64,000 bases of DNA from positions 1-64,000 of the IMG/VR virus record IMGVR_UViG_2847060657_000007. One strand, written 5' to 3'. Shown here one piece after another: positions 1 through 10,539 of the stretch. This DNA comes from a virus (taxonomy: Duplodnaviria > Caudoviricetes). How positions within the stretch are numbered: position 1 is the stretch's first letter; each line of letters begins with the position of its first letter. A program made the position numbers and the translations under genes. Below the pieces are notes generated by a model. That model had not been told where the DNA came from and did not search any database. It was given only the letters and a program-made list of their open reading frames with translations.

Positions 1-288
1 CTATGGTATAACACCGCTGTCTTTCTTCCACCCGAATGCTCCCATCACAAACCTCTGATGTTTTTTATTCCAATCACGTTGATTTTCTTGCAAGGCAACT
101 TTTAATTTTCCTGATAGGCTATCACTTAGTTTTGAGTAAACATGATGAACCTCATCAATATCAATATTCGATTGATGACTCGCTTCAACACTTTTGTTTT
201 TATTGGGCTGAATTTTTTCTTGACCACTGTTACAGGCGGATAGGGCTGTAATGGTTAGGAGAATAATTAATGCATATATACGATACAT
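1..288 (-). pseudogene. Lipoprotein with LprI (DUF1311)-like lysozyme-inhibitor motif; probable frameshift; runs to window edge
   Basis: Lipobox LSAC; motif YSKL..SL...LKVALQENQRDW. Adding one A to the A6 run (plus-strand T 61-66) gives WNKKTSEVCDGSIRVEERQRCYTI with the two Cys expected in LprI-like domains. Confidence 0.55.
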
Positions 289-322
289 AATTTCATCATA
301 AATAATTTGAATTTATCAGTAA

Positions 323-829
323 CTAGATATTATTATTTATTAAGATTACATCTTTTATATCCTCTTGAAATCTGTAACAATAATTTTCTATATTTTCATA
401 ACTGTTTCTATATGAAATAATATTTCCACTAACACATATTAGGTCATTATCTTTCCAATATCTTATAGTTGGTGGATTGTTTATCATATATCCATCTTGA
501 TTTGAAAAATTTGTCACTACTAATGTTAGTGGAAATAATACATTATTTTTAGGATCAAAAACTGCGAAATAATATGAGAATATTTTATCTTTCCTATTAT
601 TTAATGGAATTTTTGATATAATCAAATATTTATTTAAATCAAAATCCGGTTTTTCTTTTTTCTTATTTTGCAATTTTTTAAAAAATTCTTTGTTGCAATA
701 TGATATGGATTGATAATCTGGTTCGCAAATGGTTACTTGGATATCATTTGCCTTGCAAGCTTGAATTAAAAATACAAACAAAAAACCCAATGCTTTTATA
801 GCACAACCGATTAATTGATTTGTTTTCAT
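323..829 (-). CDS. Putative lipoprotein immunity protein
   Basis: Hydrophobic N-terminus with IQAC lipobox; overlaps the stop of the upstream lysozyme-like effector domain; very AT-rich. Confidence 0.6.
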   Translation of the reverse strand: MKTNQLIGCAIKALGFLFVFLIQACKANDIQVTICEPDYQSISYCNKEFFKKLQNKKKEKPDFDLNKYLIISKIPLNNRKDKIFSYYFAVFDPKNNVLFPLTLVVTNFSNQDGYMINNPPTIRYWKDNDLICVSGNIISYRNSYENIENYCYRFQEDIKDVILINNNI

Positions 830-3222
830 TTTTCAACCTCTTTTTTGGTTTGGTGGTATTGTTGAATTCTTTCAAGTACAGCTCTAACACTCTTGGTGGA
901 TTTAGGGCTTGCTCTATTGGTTCTTGAATGATAAAAAGATCTGGCGCCATCAGAAGCCACTCCATCTTGGCACTTGCGACCTTTAGGCATACCTATAGAT
1001 GCCCATTCTTGTGCAGCGCCTTGCATTGCATCGTCAATGCTACCTTTGCCATATTTAATAAAATCCTTCAGCAAAGGTTGTTTGTAAACCAAGTACTCTC
1101 TAAATACTCTTTCTTGCATTTCTGCATTGTATAATTCATCGCCAGTTAATCCAATTTGATTCTTAGCAGCTTTTAGCGTAGATGGTATGGTTTGATATTT
1201 TCCTGTCGCAAACCGCCTTCTCGAATCTGTCCACTTATATGCCTCAGACAAGTATAATAGTTCATTGATAGTTTTGCCTGTTATCGTACCTGGACCATCT
1301 TGCATTTTTCCATATTTAACCCTTTGTCCATTAGGTGCACCTGCATTCCAAGCCTCGTAACTGCCCTCCCCACTAGCGATAATATCTCCCAATTGTTTAA
1401 CTAATTGCTCAAGTGTTGCATTTTGATTATTGGTAACTGGCAAAGGCTTAATAAAAGTCGCCCTATACCCCTCCAATAATATCTCCAAAGGGTCAGCTCA
1501 GTCAGCTCTTCTTTCGTAAATATTGGCTTTTTTAATTGTTAGGTTATCTGCTCTATCTAGGGAGTGTCCTTTGCCAGTAAAATATTCAAAATGCAACATT
1601 GAGATGTTTTTGCCTTTTACTGCCTTAAAAGACATAGGAGGTCCAGAACCATTCGCATTAGCCTTTAATACGCCTGTTACGCCCAATAGCTCTCCTTGAT
1701 TTATGGATTTGCCTATCCTGCCTTTTAGGTGCTCTACCGACTTTGGGTCAAGTTCTCCATATCTAATGATAAATTTTCTACCATCTTCTGTGACATGACT
1801 AATTGTTACTTGATGAGTGCCATGATAAAAATTTTGAACAGCGAGAATTTTTCCAGGTGCTATACTAACCACTACACTACCTGACTTGGCATTGTTGTCA
1901 GCATTTTGAATGCGGGTATACAAGTCTCGCCCAGCGTGCTTACGCCCTACTTTTCTGTTTCAATTAAAAACCGCTTGGGTTGCCCCTTCTTCGCCGAGCT
2001 TTCTTCTCCAATCAAAGTTGGCGTAAGGTTTACCTGGGTCATTTAAGGGCTGTTCTATCAAAGGGAATATAATAGGAGGCTTAGCTCTTTCAACCACCAC
2101 CTTCGGTGTCCCACCCTCTTGACTTCTTTCGTTTTGTTCGGTTGTTTGTACGGGTTTTATTTCTGTTGGTTTTGGTGCTTGGGATGGTGTTTGGGTTTGG
2201 GATGGTTTGTCATTAAACAATCCTGATACAGCGTCTAATGCATCGTCTTTGACTTTGCCCGCTGTTTGACTGACCACATCAACACCCTCATTGAAGATTT
2301 TTGACCCATAGTCAATGGTTTGTTCGAATTTATCTTGTATCGGTTGGGTTTTTTGGTCTAGCCAGTCCATACCATCACCAAAAACCTCTTGTACTTTGTC
2401 TAGTATACCACCACTTTGGCCACTTGTGGAAGGGGCTTGAGTTGGCACAGGTTGTGATGATGGTTTTGTGGCAGGTTGTGCAGGCTTAGGCGTGTTGGGC
2501 AGACCTGTCTTGATGTATTTGCCTGCCTGTATTTTGTTGGGGTCGGTAATGCCATTTAGGCGTTGTAAGTCAGAGATGGACTTGCCACTACGCTGGGCAA
2601 TACTACCCAAAGTGTCGCCTTTTTCTATTTGATAATTTGAGGTGGTGATTTTGGGTTTGGTATAGGGATTGGTTTGGGTGTTTTTGGTTGTTTGTGTTTT
2701 GGTGCCTGCACTTGCATCAGAATCTTGTAAACCACTGTTTTTGGGTGGCACTTTTAAAACCCAGCCCACTTGAATTTTGTTAGGGTCTTTGATTTTGTCT
2801 TTGTTAAGATGATGTAGGATTTGCAAAGTTGTGCTGTATTGCTTGGCAATACCCTCTAGGGTTTCGCCTTTTTTGACTGTGTGGGTTTTACGGCGATAAT
2901 CACCTTGTGTACCTTGTCTTGGCTGTAGTGTGATGGTTTGTTTATAGCATGGTGCTTGTACTCTGGCAATATAGGCATTGCTTTGATTGGGCTTTTGAAC
3001 AATGATGCGAGCAGATAAGGTGGTCATCGCACCTGTTTTTGGGTCTTTTACTGCGATGTCAAGTACACTTCCAATACGACGTCTCATCCATACGCCATAC
3101 CCTTCACCATCAGAGTTGCCGGCACTGATGGTGCGCCCATTTTCACGGATTTCGTGGTAGAGATTGGGCATGGGCTCATTGCACAAATCGTGAAAGAGGA
3201 TGCGAAGGAGGGTGGTGGGCAT
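826..3222 (-). pseudogene. LysM-LysM carrier + M23 peptidase + lambda-lysozyme-like (GH104-type) peptidoglycan effector, interrupted by two in-frame TGA codons
   Basis: ORFs 1960-3261, 1498-1923 and 826-1488 lie in one frame separated only by TGA at 1960-1962 and 1498-1500. Read-through gives QAVFN*NRKVGRKHAGRDLY (M23 HxGxD), MLHFE (HxE), RRAD*ADPL, then ATGKYQ...AQEWAS (lambda-lysozyme-like). LysM repeats HTVKKGETL..IA and YQIEKGDTL..IA. Confidence 0.8.
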
Positions 3223-3224
3223 AG
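2092..3224. repeat. 1133-bp direct repeat, copy 1 (LysM carrier N-terminus); copy 2 at 9361-10493
   Basis: Sequence matches at offset 7269 from the start codon region to codons PKVVV; translations identical. Confidence 0.9.
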
Positions 3225-3273
3225 AGGTCTCTTTTGGGTTGAGGACACTCAATTTGAACAATGTACTTACTGT

Positions 3274-3888
3274 TCAGATGTCAAATCTTGAATATAACCC
3301 TTTTTTTACCAATTCGCCATTCTTTTTGTTGTAAATACTGATGCGGTAATCAATATCAATCACAAATCTTTCAGTTTCTGGTATGTATAGAGTGACATAC
3401 TTGCCATTCTTGTCTGTGGAACGAATAACCATGACAGTAGAGTCTTCACTATCACCTTCTGACATTGTAGAAATAGAAATTAGAGATCCATTTAGACCAG
3501 TGGGGATGATAGTGTTATTTCCGTTGCTACTATGTATAGCATCTTTGTTTACATAAAACAATCTCTCTTCGCTATTTAAAAAATAAACAACATTGTCACA
3601 GTTATATCCTGGCCAAGCACTGCTCCAAGTGGCGTTTTGCATGACAATATCAGCACATTTTAGGTAAGTTTCGGAACTAAAAGGTAGTGACGATGTTATA
3701 ATGTTGTCACTATTTTTTAACAAAATGCCAGTTGCAGGCACGACATCTGTAACCTTACCAAATGATAAATCAATAAATTTTGAACCGTTTTCGTGATTTG
3801 TTTCTTTTGGTGGCAATCCTGTTGCATTGTGAGTGCAGGCGGAGAGTGATAAAATTAGTAGGATAAACTTAAAAGTGTTGATGTTCAT
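3274..3888 (-). CDS. Putative lipoprotein immunity protein
   Basis: Lipobox LSAC; shares SSLPF..YLxC and C-terminal ID..Y.I.IY motifs with the adjacent 3885-4649 protein. Confidence 0.65.
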   Translation of the reverse strand: MNINTFKFILLILSLSACTHNATGLPPKETNHENGSKFIDLSFGKVTDVVPATGILLKNSDNIITSSLPFSSETYLKCADIVMQNATWSSAWPGYNCDNVVYFLNSEERLFYVNKDAIHSSNGNNTIIPTGLNGSLISISTMSEGDSEDSTVMVIRSTDKNGKYVTLYIPETERFVIDIDYRISIYNKKNGELVKKGLYSRFDI

Positions 3889-4649
3889 AAAAAACCCTCC
3901 AAAGGTATTTCTTTTTCTAATTTATCATTTTTTTCACTATAAATATAGATGGTGTAGAACTCATCCAAAATAAAATATTGATCTTTTTCAATATTTATTT
4001 CTTTTTTGATTCCAAAACCATTTATAGCAATTAAAGATATTGTATGCTCTATATTGTCTTTTTTGTCAGAATTAATGTAAATTAGTACCATAATTCCATT
4101 TTTTGATGTCGGTAAAACTATGGTATGTTTATGAGGGTAATTAAGTATATTAGCATAATTTATTAGCTCATTTTCAGTTAAAAAATGAATACGGTCTTGA
4201 CAGATATCATTGTGTGCTTCAACACAGTTTAGATAAAATTTTGAGTCAAATGGCAAGCTAGAAATAATGACATCGTCTGAATTTTTCTTTATTATCTTAG
4301 AATTGTTTTCTTTAAGCATATTGACAGCCAATCTTTCATAACATATTTCATACTCCAACCCAATATTATTTCCCAAAGAATAATTATTTGAAGAACATTC
4401 GTCTTTGACTTCATTTTGCCATATTAAAAATTTTTTATTACCCAATTCATTCCTTAGTGTTTTGTTATGTTCACTATTTTTTAATTTTATCCTTGTGTAC
4501 TCATGACTGGAAGATGTCTCAACACTAGATTCTGAGTTTTGCTTTGCATTATTACTGTCCGAAACTATCATTTCAGAAGATGACCCATTACACCCCAAAG
4601 TTAGTAATGTTAACAAAATTGATAATAGAAAAATATGATGCGTAACCAT
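3885..4649 (-). CDS. Putative lipoprotein immunity protein (LprI-like segment plus domain paralogous to 3274-3888)
   Basis: Lipobox TLGC; W...KDEC...EICY motif; SSLPFDSKFYLNC; abuts the effector stop at 4651. Confidence 0.65.
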   Translation of the reverse strand: MVTHHIFLLSILLTLLTLGCNGSSSEMIVSDSNNAKQNSESSVETSSSHEYTRIKLKNSEHNKTLRNELGNKKFLIWQNEVKDECSSNNYSLGNNIGLEYEICYERLAVNMLKENNSKIIKKNSDDVIISSLPFDSKFYLNCVEAHNDICQDRIHFLTENELINYANILNYPHKHTIVLPTSKNGIMVLIYINSDKKDNIEHTISLIAINGFGIKKEINIEKDQYFILDEFYTIYIYSEKNDKLEKEIPLEGFL

Positions 4650-4650
4650 A

Positions 4651-6228
4651 TTAAAACCCCTTAAATCCTGTAGGCAATATTATTATAAAAGGCTTTGGCT
4701 TATGAATAATTAATTCTTTCACTGTGCCGTGAGCATGTATACTTTTTCCAAAGCCCAATATAAGACCATTTTTTACAGCCTCATCATGAAAAGCATCAAC
4801 CCACTTTTTTCTATTGTAATCATCAGAATAATACTTATTTGCATAATTTAAATGTTCACCAATAATGGAAGGTTTTCCATTTGATCTTTCAATTAAGTAT
4901 TGTCCAACAAATTTGCGCATTCTTTCTGAAACTGCAGAAAACGGCATATTTTCAACAGAACCATAGGGTTTTAGTTTTTTGGGACCTGTTATTTTAGAGA
5001 ACTGCCTATGTGCATTTACTACACTCCTAACAGAATCTCCCCAATATCCAGATTTGGTTCGATTTAAAATGGTATCTACAACACCAGCAGCCTGATCTTT
5101 AAAATACCTATCATCTTTAAATTTTATAACCTCTGTTTCTGTCACTTTCATAATATCAATAATATCCTGCTCTGTTAAAAACAAAGTCTCCCCACCTTCA
5201 TTTTTAACGCCTATACTCGGCTTACTAATCATTCCTGAACAGGACAGCAAATCACTATGCTCACTAGATTTCGCCAGATCCATTAAAGACTTGCCAACAA
5301 GTTCAGAGACAGTTTGTTTAAAATCGGATTTTCTGATGTATTTTTTATCAAGCATTGTTATATCATAGTGCACCCAAGTTGTAGTCCCAGATTTACCACT
5401 TTTGAATACTTTTGGCTCTAAATAGATTCTATTATCCTCCCTGATTTCTAACGCCTTCATCTTTTCTTTCATCACTTTTCTTACAAACTCCATATCATTT
5501 AATTCTCTTGTTCTACTTCCTTTTTTGTTAAAATGAATATCAAGTGCCAGACCCATATGGTTTACCGATGTTCGTCCATTCTTTTTGTTATTGTCTATGC
5601 ACCGATAGCCAGAAAAAATATAAGCAACGCTTAAGTTTCTAGATTTATACTCTTTATCTTTGGTTAGGTAAAACTCTAACGCTTTTAACATCCAAATCAG
5701 AGAACGATGAATGCCAGGGTATTCATTTGCAAAATTTTCTCCAGAAGCAACATTATAACGACCTTTTCCATATCCATCACACGCACCGCAAGGACAAGGC
5801 ATCTTTTCTGTGTAACTGGCTATAGGATACTCTTTGTTAAATTTGTCTAATGCTACTAACAGGCTACCGCAAATTTTGCCTGTCTCGGGAGCTTTCATAT
5901 AATCTCTTTGAAACTGTTTAATGCAATTTGCAGTCATTTCTGTAAATTCATCAGTCGGCAATGCCCCACCAAAACCCGCTAGACGAATATTTATTTCTCT
6001 TATTAGTTCGCTTTTTCCACTTGTAATACAAGCAGGCTTTGTTGCACACTTAGAGGAAACCACCACCTTCGGCGTCCCACCCTCTTGGCTTCTTTGGTTT
6101 TGTTCGGTTGTTTGTACGGGTTTGATTTGTGTTGGTTTTGGTGCTTGTTCTGATGTTTGGGTTTGGGATGGTTTGTTATTAAACAATCCTGATATAGCAC
6201 CCGATATATTATCTGTAACTTCGCCCAC
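4651..6228 (-). CDS. Orphan C-terminal effector cassette: carrier linker + PG-binding domain + M15-type peptidase + SleB/Hydrolase_2-like cell wall hydrolase
   Basis: First ~57 aa match the linker of the LysM carriers (KPSQTQT..QAPKPT.IKPVQTTEQN.RSQEGGTPKVVV) but the LysMs are absent. Then CIKQFQRDY (PG-binding), SGYRC..NH.G.ALDIH (M15), VVDTILNR..SVRSVV..HRQFS (SleB-like). GTG start with weak RBS. Confidence 0.7.
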   Translation of the reverse strand: MGEVTDNISGAISGLFNNKPSQTQTSEQAPKPTQIKPVQTTEQNQRSQEGGTPKVVVSSKCATKPACITSGKSELIREINIRLAGFGGALPTDEFTEMTANCIKQFQRDYMKAPETGKICGSLLVALDKFNKEYPIASYTEKMPCPCGACDGYGKGRYNVASGENFANEYPGIHRSLIWMLKALEFYLTKDKEYKSRNLSVAYIFSGYRCIDNNKKNGRTSVNHMGLALDIHFNKKGSRTRELNDMEFVRKVMKEKMKALEIREDNRIYLEPKVFKSGKSGTTTWVHYDITMLDKKYIRKSDFKQTVSELVGKSLMDLAKSSEHSDLLSCSGMISKPSIGVKNEGGETLFLTEQDIIDIMKVTETEVIKFKDDRYFKDQAAGVVDTILNRTKSGYWGDSVRSVVNAHRQFSKITGPKKLKPYGSVENMPFSAVSERMRKFVGQYLIERSNGKPSIIGEHLNYANKYYSDDYNRKKWVDAFHDEAVKNGLILGFGKSIHAHGTVKELIIHKPKPFIIILPTGFKGF

Positions 6229-6239
6229 TAAATCTCAGA

Positions 6240-7304
6240 CTAATAGCAAGCACCATCGAATTCTGAAAAATCAACCCCTGTAACTTCACATACATGCAAC
6301 TCACTATTACCATCAATATCACTAAACTCTATTTCATTTTTTATTAAAATAAAGTCATTGGATAAAGCGTTAAATGCAAATGATACATTTCTTGTTGCAA
6401 ATTTTCTATCAATACAAGTTTGATAAATGACATTCAAGCTATTTCCATCTCCCCATATTTCTTGTAGACCATCAAGACCACATCCCGATGTTGGTTCTTC
6501 TAACATAATAGTATTCTCGATAATCTTTTGATAGTTATTACCAGTATTTTTCAAAATATTAATGGTGATATTAAAATTTCTTTCATCCATATCAGCTGGC
6601 TTTGTTAATGATATTTTATCAATTAGTCCGTCTTGGTTGAAGTCAAATGATGTCTTTTTATGGTTGTTTTCTAAAATAATTCTGTTATGATCATGATATT
6701 CTTTTTTATTTTTTTCTATATTTTTGTCAAAAATGCAATCAAAATTAAAACTCTCGTTTTTAACTATATTTCTTGATAATATATTATTTGTTTTTCTATA
6801 TTCAATAATAAAAGGATGTCCATAATCATCTTCATTACCAATTTTACAACTTACTTTTTTGGTAAAGTCAAAACCATCTACCTTATTTCTATCAATATCA
6901 TTCTTACTTACAGATCCTAGTTTTTTTTTAAAAATAATAATGTTATTGTTATAGGCAGTCACATCTGTGCTATTAAGAATTAAGCATTTCTCTTTTTGTT
7001 CTAGATTGTCTATACTTTCTCTATTTCCCTTGTTTTTTTCATAGGCATAAAAGTAATCGTTATTAAACTTAAGTTCAATATTTTGCTTTAATAATTCACT
7101 ATAGTTACAGTTAGTATCATGAAATGGTTTTTTTATTTCTTTAAAATCATCATAGGAAAAATGCTTTGAGCTTATATCAGCACTTGATATACTTGATAAT
7201 TTTTCGTTGGTTGTATTATCAATTTTTTTATCTTGATTGATATCACAGGCAGCAAGAAAAAAAATAGAAAAATAAACAAAAATAGAAATTATTAACTTAT
7301 TCAT
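6240..7304 (-). CDS. Putative lipoprotein immunity protein
   Basis: Lipobox LAAC; DFNQDGLID repeat-like motif; second gene downstream of the GH19 effector. Confidence 0.6.
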   Translation of the reverse strand: MNKLIISIFVYFSIFFLAACDINQDKKIDNTTNEKLSSISSADISSKHFSYDDFKEIKKPFHDTNCNYSELLKQNIELKFNNDYFYAYEKNKGNRESIDNLEQKEKCLILNSTDVTAYNNNIIIFKKKLGSVSKNDIDRNKVDGFDFTKKVSCKIGNEDDYGHPFIIEYRKTNNILSRNIVKNESFNFDCIFDKNIEKNKKEYHDHNRIILENNHKKTSFDFNQDGLIDKISLTKPADMDERNFNITINILKNTGNNYQKIIENTIMLEEPTSGCGLDGLQEIWGDGNSLNVIYQTCIDRKFATRNVSFAFNALSNDFILIKNEIEFSDIDGNSELHVCEVTGVDFSEFDGACY

Positions 7305-7556
7305 ATTAAAAGCCTCATTATTGAGTGGTTAAAGTTTCGTGAGTTTTATCACCCACCAAATATTTTTAGTTATTGCATACTATGTGTTATTTTAAATGCT
7401 TTATTATTTACCAAAAGTTGATTTTCAATATTTAAGCACTCAATGGAAATAAAACATCCAATCAATTGACACTTTAATTAGCCCATATGTACACTTTAGG
7501 CAAGAATTCCTCAAAAAGCAACAATTCTTTTGTTTTCAATCAAAAAGTCATCTTTA

Positions 7557-8087
7557 TCATCCAACCAAAATACATTTCAATCTAGTGTTTCCTGCAGAGG
7601 TTTTTTCCAGTATTAAATTTTGTGGCTCAATACCCAAATACCTCATTCTTTGTGATGTTTTTTCAGGCATGTCGCGAATGATAAAATAATAACCAAAATT
7701 CTCATCACCATTATCATTTTCAGAAAACGCGGCAATTCTTAAAATATTCATGTTAAATTTTTTAAAATTTAAATCTAAGCCAGTATATTCTAATATTATT
7801 TTATCTTTATGAATAAAATTATGACCAATGCTATAAAATCCTTGTAATACATAATCAGAATCCTTGATTGTGTATAGTCTGCCACTAATATTTTTACTAG
7901 CAACCTTATCTTTTAATAAAGCACCATAAAAATCTGATAAAAACACACTTTGTTCACTTGAAAAATTGCAACCCAGTGTGGATTTATTGACGAGATTATT
8001 AGGGTTAATTATTTTAGCTTGAGCAATACTAAACAAGCAAGTTATTGCCAATCCAAGCAAGAATTTAAGTGGTTGAGTTGGTTTCAT
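7557..8087 (-). CDS. Putative periplasmic immunity protein
   Basis: Sec signal ending AQA; overlaps the effector 3' end. Confidence 0.6.
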   Translation of the reverse strand: MKPTQPLKFLLGLAITCLFSIAQAKIINPNNLVNKSTLGCNFSSEQSVFLSDFYGALLKDKVASKNISGRLYTIKDSDYVLQGFYSIGHNFIHKDKIILEYTGLDLNFKKFNMNILRIAAFSENDNGDENFGYYFIIRDMPEKTSQRMRYLGIEPQNLILEKTSAGNTRLKCILVG

Positions 8088-10491
8088 AAAAATTTAAACC
8101 TCTGCTTCGTATATCTGATTCTGTCATTATGGGAGCCAAGGATGGATCTGTGTTCTTTTTGTAATAAGCCATTGGCAAGAAATACTCGTATGAGTCTATA
8201 CTTCGTGTATCCACAGTAATCATATTACCCTGATTACCACCTAATCTGAAAAAATTCTTTGAGTTTTGCCGTCCCAAAACAAAGCATACATGACTACCTT
8301 TTTTGGTAACAGCAATTGCACCATATGCAGGAATAGAGATTTTTTGAAAATTTACTTTATCTCTTTTATAGGCATGAGCTCTAACTCTTTCATATATATC
8401 TTTTTGCTCATTAATAGGTAGTGTATAACCACATTCTTTTAGACACGAATTTATAAAAGCAGCACACCATTGATGTATATCTCCAACTAAATTAGGGTAA
8501 GGTATGCCAACAATTTGATGATAGTTATCTGTAATTTTTCCCTCTTTAACCCCCTTCCATTGCCTTCCTTCTCTAATGGCGATTTCCATCCAAGGGGCAT
8601 TAGACTCTGAGATAGCTATTGCTTGAGCTGGCGGTCTTATAATATTACAAGAACTAACTTTAAAAACCCGCAAGCATTTTTTAAACTTATCAACCCTTTT
8701 TTCTCTAGAGCTAGTATTTTTATTTACAATATCTACAGTTTTATGAAAAATATCTATGGAATTACCTTTTTGCGCTACATCTCTTACACCAAAAACAACC
8801 CAATAAGCCATAGAAGCAATTGTGCCCTCCTCAATGTTGTTGATGTTATCGGGAGTTATGATTTTATTGAAATTTGGTAAAAATTTTTTGATAGTATCAT
8901 TAATTTTTTGATACTTATCTTTCCCCGTTACCTGAATAATACCTCCGCCACGATACCTCCAGCCATCTCCTGAACTTACACTTCCATTACCCATTCTGTT
9001 GGCATAGGCAATGTTGGCAATCGCCTCCTGATTTGCTTTTTGACCTGGTTTTCCGCCCCTGCCATATCTTCTTGAAAGCTCTATATTTCCACGAAATGCC
9101 TTAAAATCACCCTTATAAAGAGCCTCCCAACTATAGTTTAAATTTTCACCATTAATTTCAAATTTTTCTCCTATCTCTTGCATAACATGAGCAAAGAAAT
9201 GTGCTTTTTGATTGCAATCATTCATCATAAAAGCTTTACTTGCATAGTTGTAAGCATTAACACAAATTTTAAGCTTTTCAACAGTTGCAGAATCTTGCGA
9301 AAAAAGTTGCTTTAATTCATCAAGTGTCAATTCTTGGCATCCAGAACAGGAACTGGTAGAAACCACCACCTTCGGTGTCCCACCCTCTTGACTTCTTTCG
9401 TTTTGTTCGGTTGTTTGTACGGGTTTTATTTCTGTTGGTTTTGGTGCTTGGGATGGTGTTTGGGTTTGGGATGGTTTGTCATTAAACAATCCTGATACAG
9501 CGTCTAATGCATCGTCTTTGACTTTGCCCGCTGTTTGACTGACCACATCAACACCCTCATTGAAGATTTTTGACCCATAGTCAATGGTTTGTTCGAATTT
9601 ATCTTGTATCGGTTGGGTTTTTTGGTCTAGCCAGTCCATACCATCACCAAAAACCTCTTGTACTTTGTCTAGTATACCACCACTTTGGCCACTTGTGGAA
9701 GGGGCTTGAGTTGGCACAGGTTGTGATGATGGTTTTGTGGCAGGTTGTGCAGGCTTAGGCGTGTTGGGCAGACCTGTCTTGATGTATTTGCCTGCCTGTA
9801 TTTTGTTGGGGTCGGTAATGCCATTTAGGCGTTGTAAGTCAGAGATGGACTTGCCACTACGCTGGGCAATACTACCCAAAGTGTCGCCTTTTTCTATTTG
9901 ATAATTTGAGGTGGTGATTTTGGGTTTGGTATAGGGATTGGTTTGGGTGTTTTTGGTTGTTTGTGTTTTGGTGCCTGCACTTGCATCAGAATCTTGTAAA
10001 CCACTGTTTTTGGGTGGCACTTTTAAAACCCAGCCCACTTGAATTTTGTTAGGGTCTTTGATTTTGTCTTTGTTAAGATGATGTAGGATTTGCAAAGTTG
10101 TGCTGTATTGCTTGGCAATACCCTCTAGGGTTTCGCCTTTTTTGACTGTGTGGGTTTTACGGCGATAATCACCTTGTGTACCTTGTCTTGGCTGTAGTGT
10201 GATGGTTTGTTTATAGCATGGTGCTTGTACTCTGGCAATATAGGCATTGCTTTGATTGGGCTTTTGAACAATGATGCGAGCAGATAAGGTGGTCATCGCA
10301 CCTGTTTTTGGGTCTTTTACTGCGATGTCAAGTACACTTCCAATACGACGTCTCATCCATACGCCATACCCTTCACCATCAGAGTTGCCGGCACTGATGG
10401 TGCGCCCATTTTCACGGATTTCGTGGTAGAGATTGGGCATGGGCTCATTGCACAAATCGTGAAAGAGGATGCGAAGGAGGGTGGTGGGCAT
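8065..10491 (-). CDS. LysM-LysM carrier + GH19 lysozyme + TIGR02594 (NlpC/P60-like amidase) peptidoglycan effector
   Basis: AHFFAHVMQE...ENLNYS...GDGWRYRGGGIIQVTGKDKY (GH19); APWMEIA...WCAAFINSCL...HVCFV...LGGNQGN (TIGR02594); GGAG RBS upstream. Confidence 0.85.
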   Translation of the reverse strand: MPTTLLRILFHDLCNEPMPNLYHEIRENGRTISAGNSDGEGYGVWMRRRIGSVLDIAVKDPKTGAMTTLSARIIVQKPNQSNAYIARVQAPCYKQTITLQPRQGTQGDYRRKTHTVKKGETLEGIAKQYSTTLQILHHLNKDKIKDPNKIQVGWVLKVPPKNSGLQDSDASAGTKTQTTKNTQTNPYTKPKITTSNYQIEKGDTLGSIAQRSGKSISDLQRLNGITDPNKIQAGKYIKTGLPNTPKPAQPATKPSSQPVPTQAPSTSGQSGGILDKVQEVFGDGMDWLDQKTQPIQDKFEQTIDYGSKIFNEGVDVVSQTAGKVKDDALDAVSGLFNDKPSQTQTPSQAPKPTEIKPVQTTEQNERSQEGGTPKVVVSTSSCSGCQELTLDELKQLFSQDSATVEKLKICVNAYNYASKAFMMNDCNQKAHFFAHVMQEIGEKFEINGENLNYSWEALYKGDFKAFRGNIELSRRYGRGGKPGQKANQEAIANIAYANRMGNGSVSSGDGWRYRGGGIIQVTGKDKYQKINDTIKKFLPNFNKIITPDNINNIEEGTIASMAYWVVFGVRDVAQKGNSIDIFHKTVDIVNKNTSSREKRVDKFKKCLRVFKVSSCNIIRPPAQAIAISESNAPWMEIAIREGRQWKGVKEGKITDNYHQIVGIPYPNLVGDIHQWCAAFINSCLKECGYTLPINEQKDIYERVRAHAYKRDKVNFQKISIPAYGAIAVTKKGSHVCFVLGRQNSKNFFRLGGNQGNMITVDTRSIDSYEYFLPMAYYKKNTDPSLAPIMTESDIRSRGLNFYETNSTT

Positions 10492-10493
10492 AG
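9361..10493. repeat. 1133-bp direct repeat, copy 2 of the LysM carrier N-terminus
   Basis: Matches 2092-3224. Confidence 0.9.
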
Positions 10494-10539
10494 TTGTTCT
10501 CCGAGTTGGTTCAATAATATTGTTCTGACCTTTGTGATA

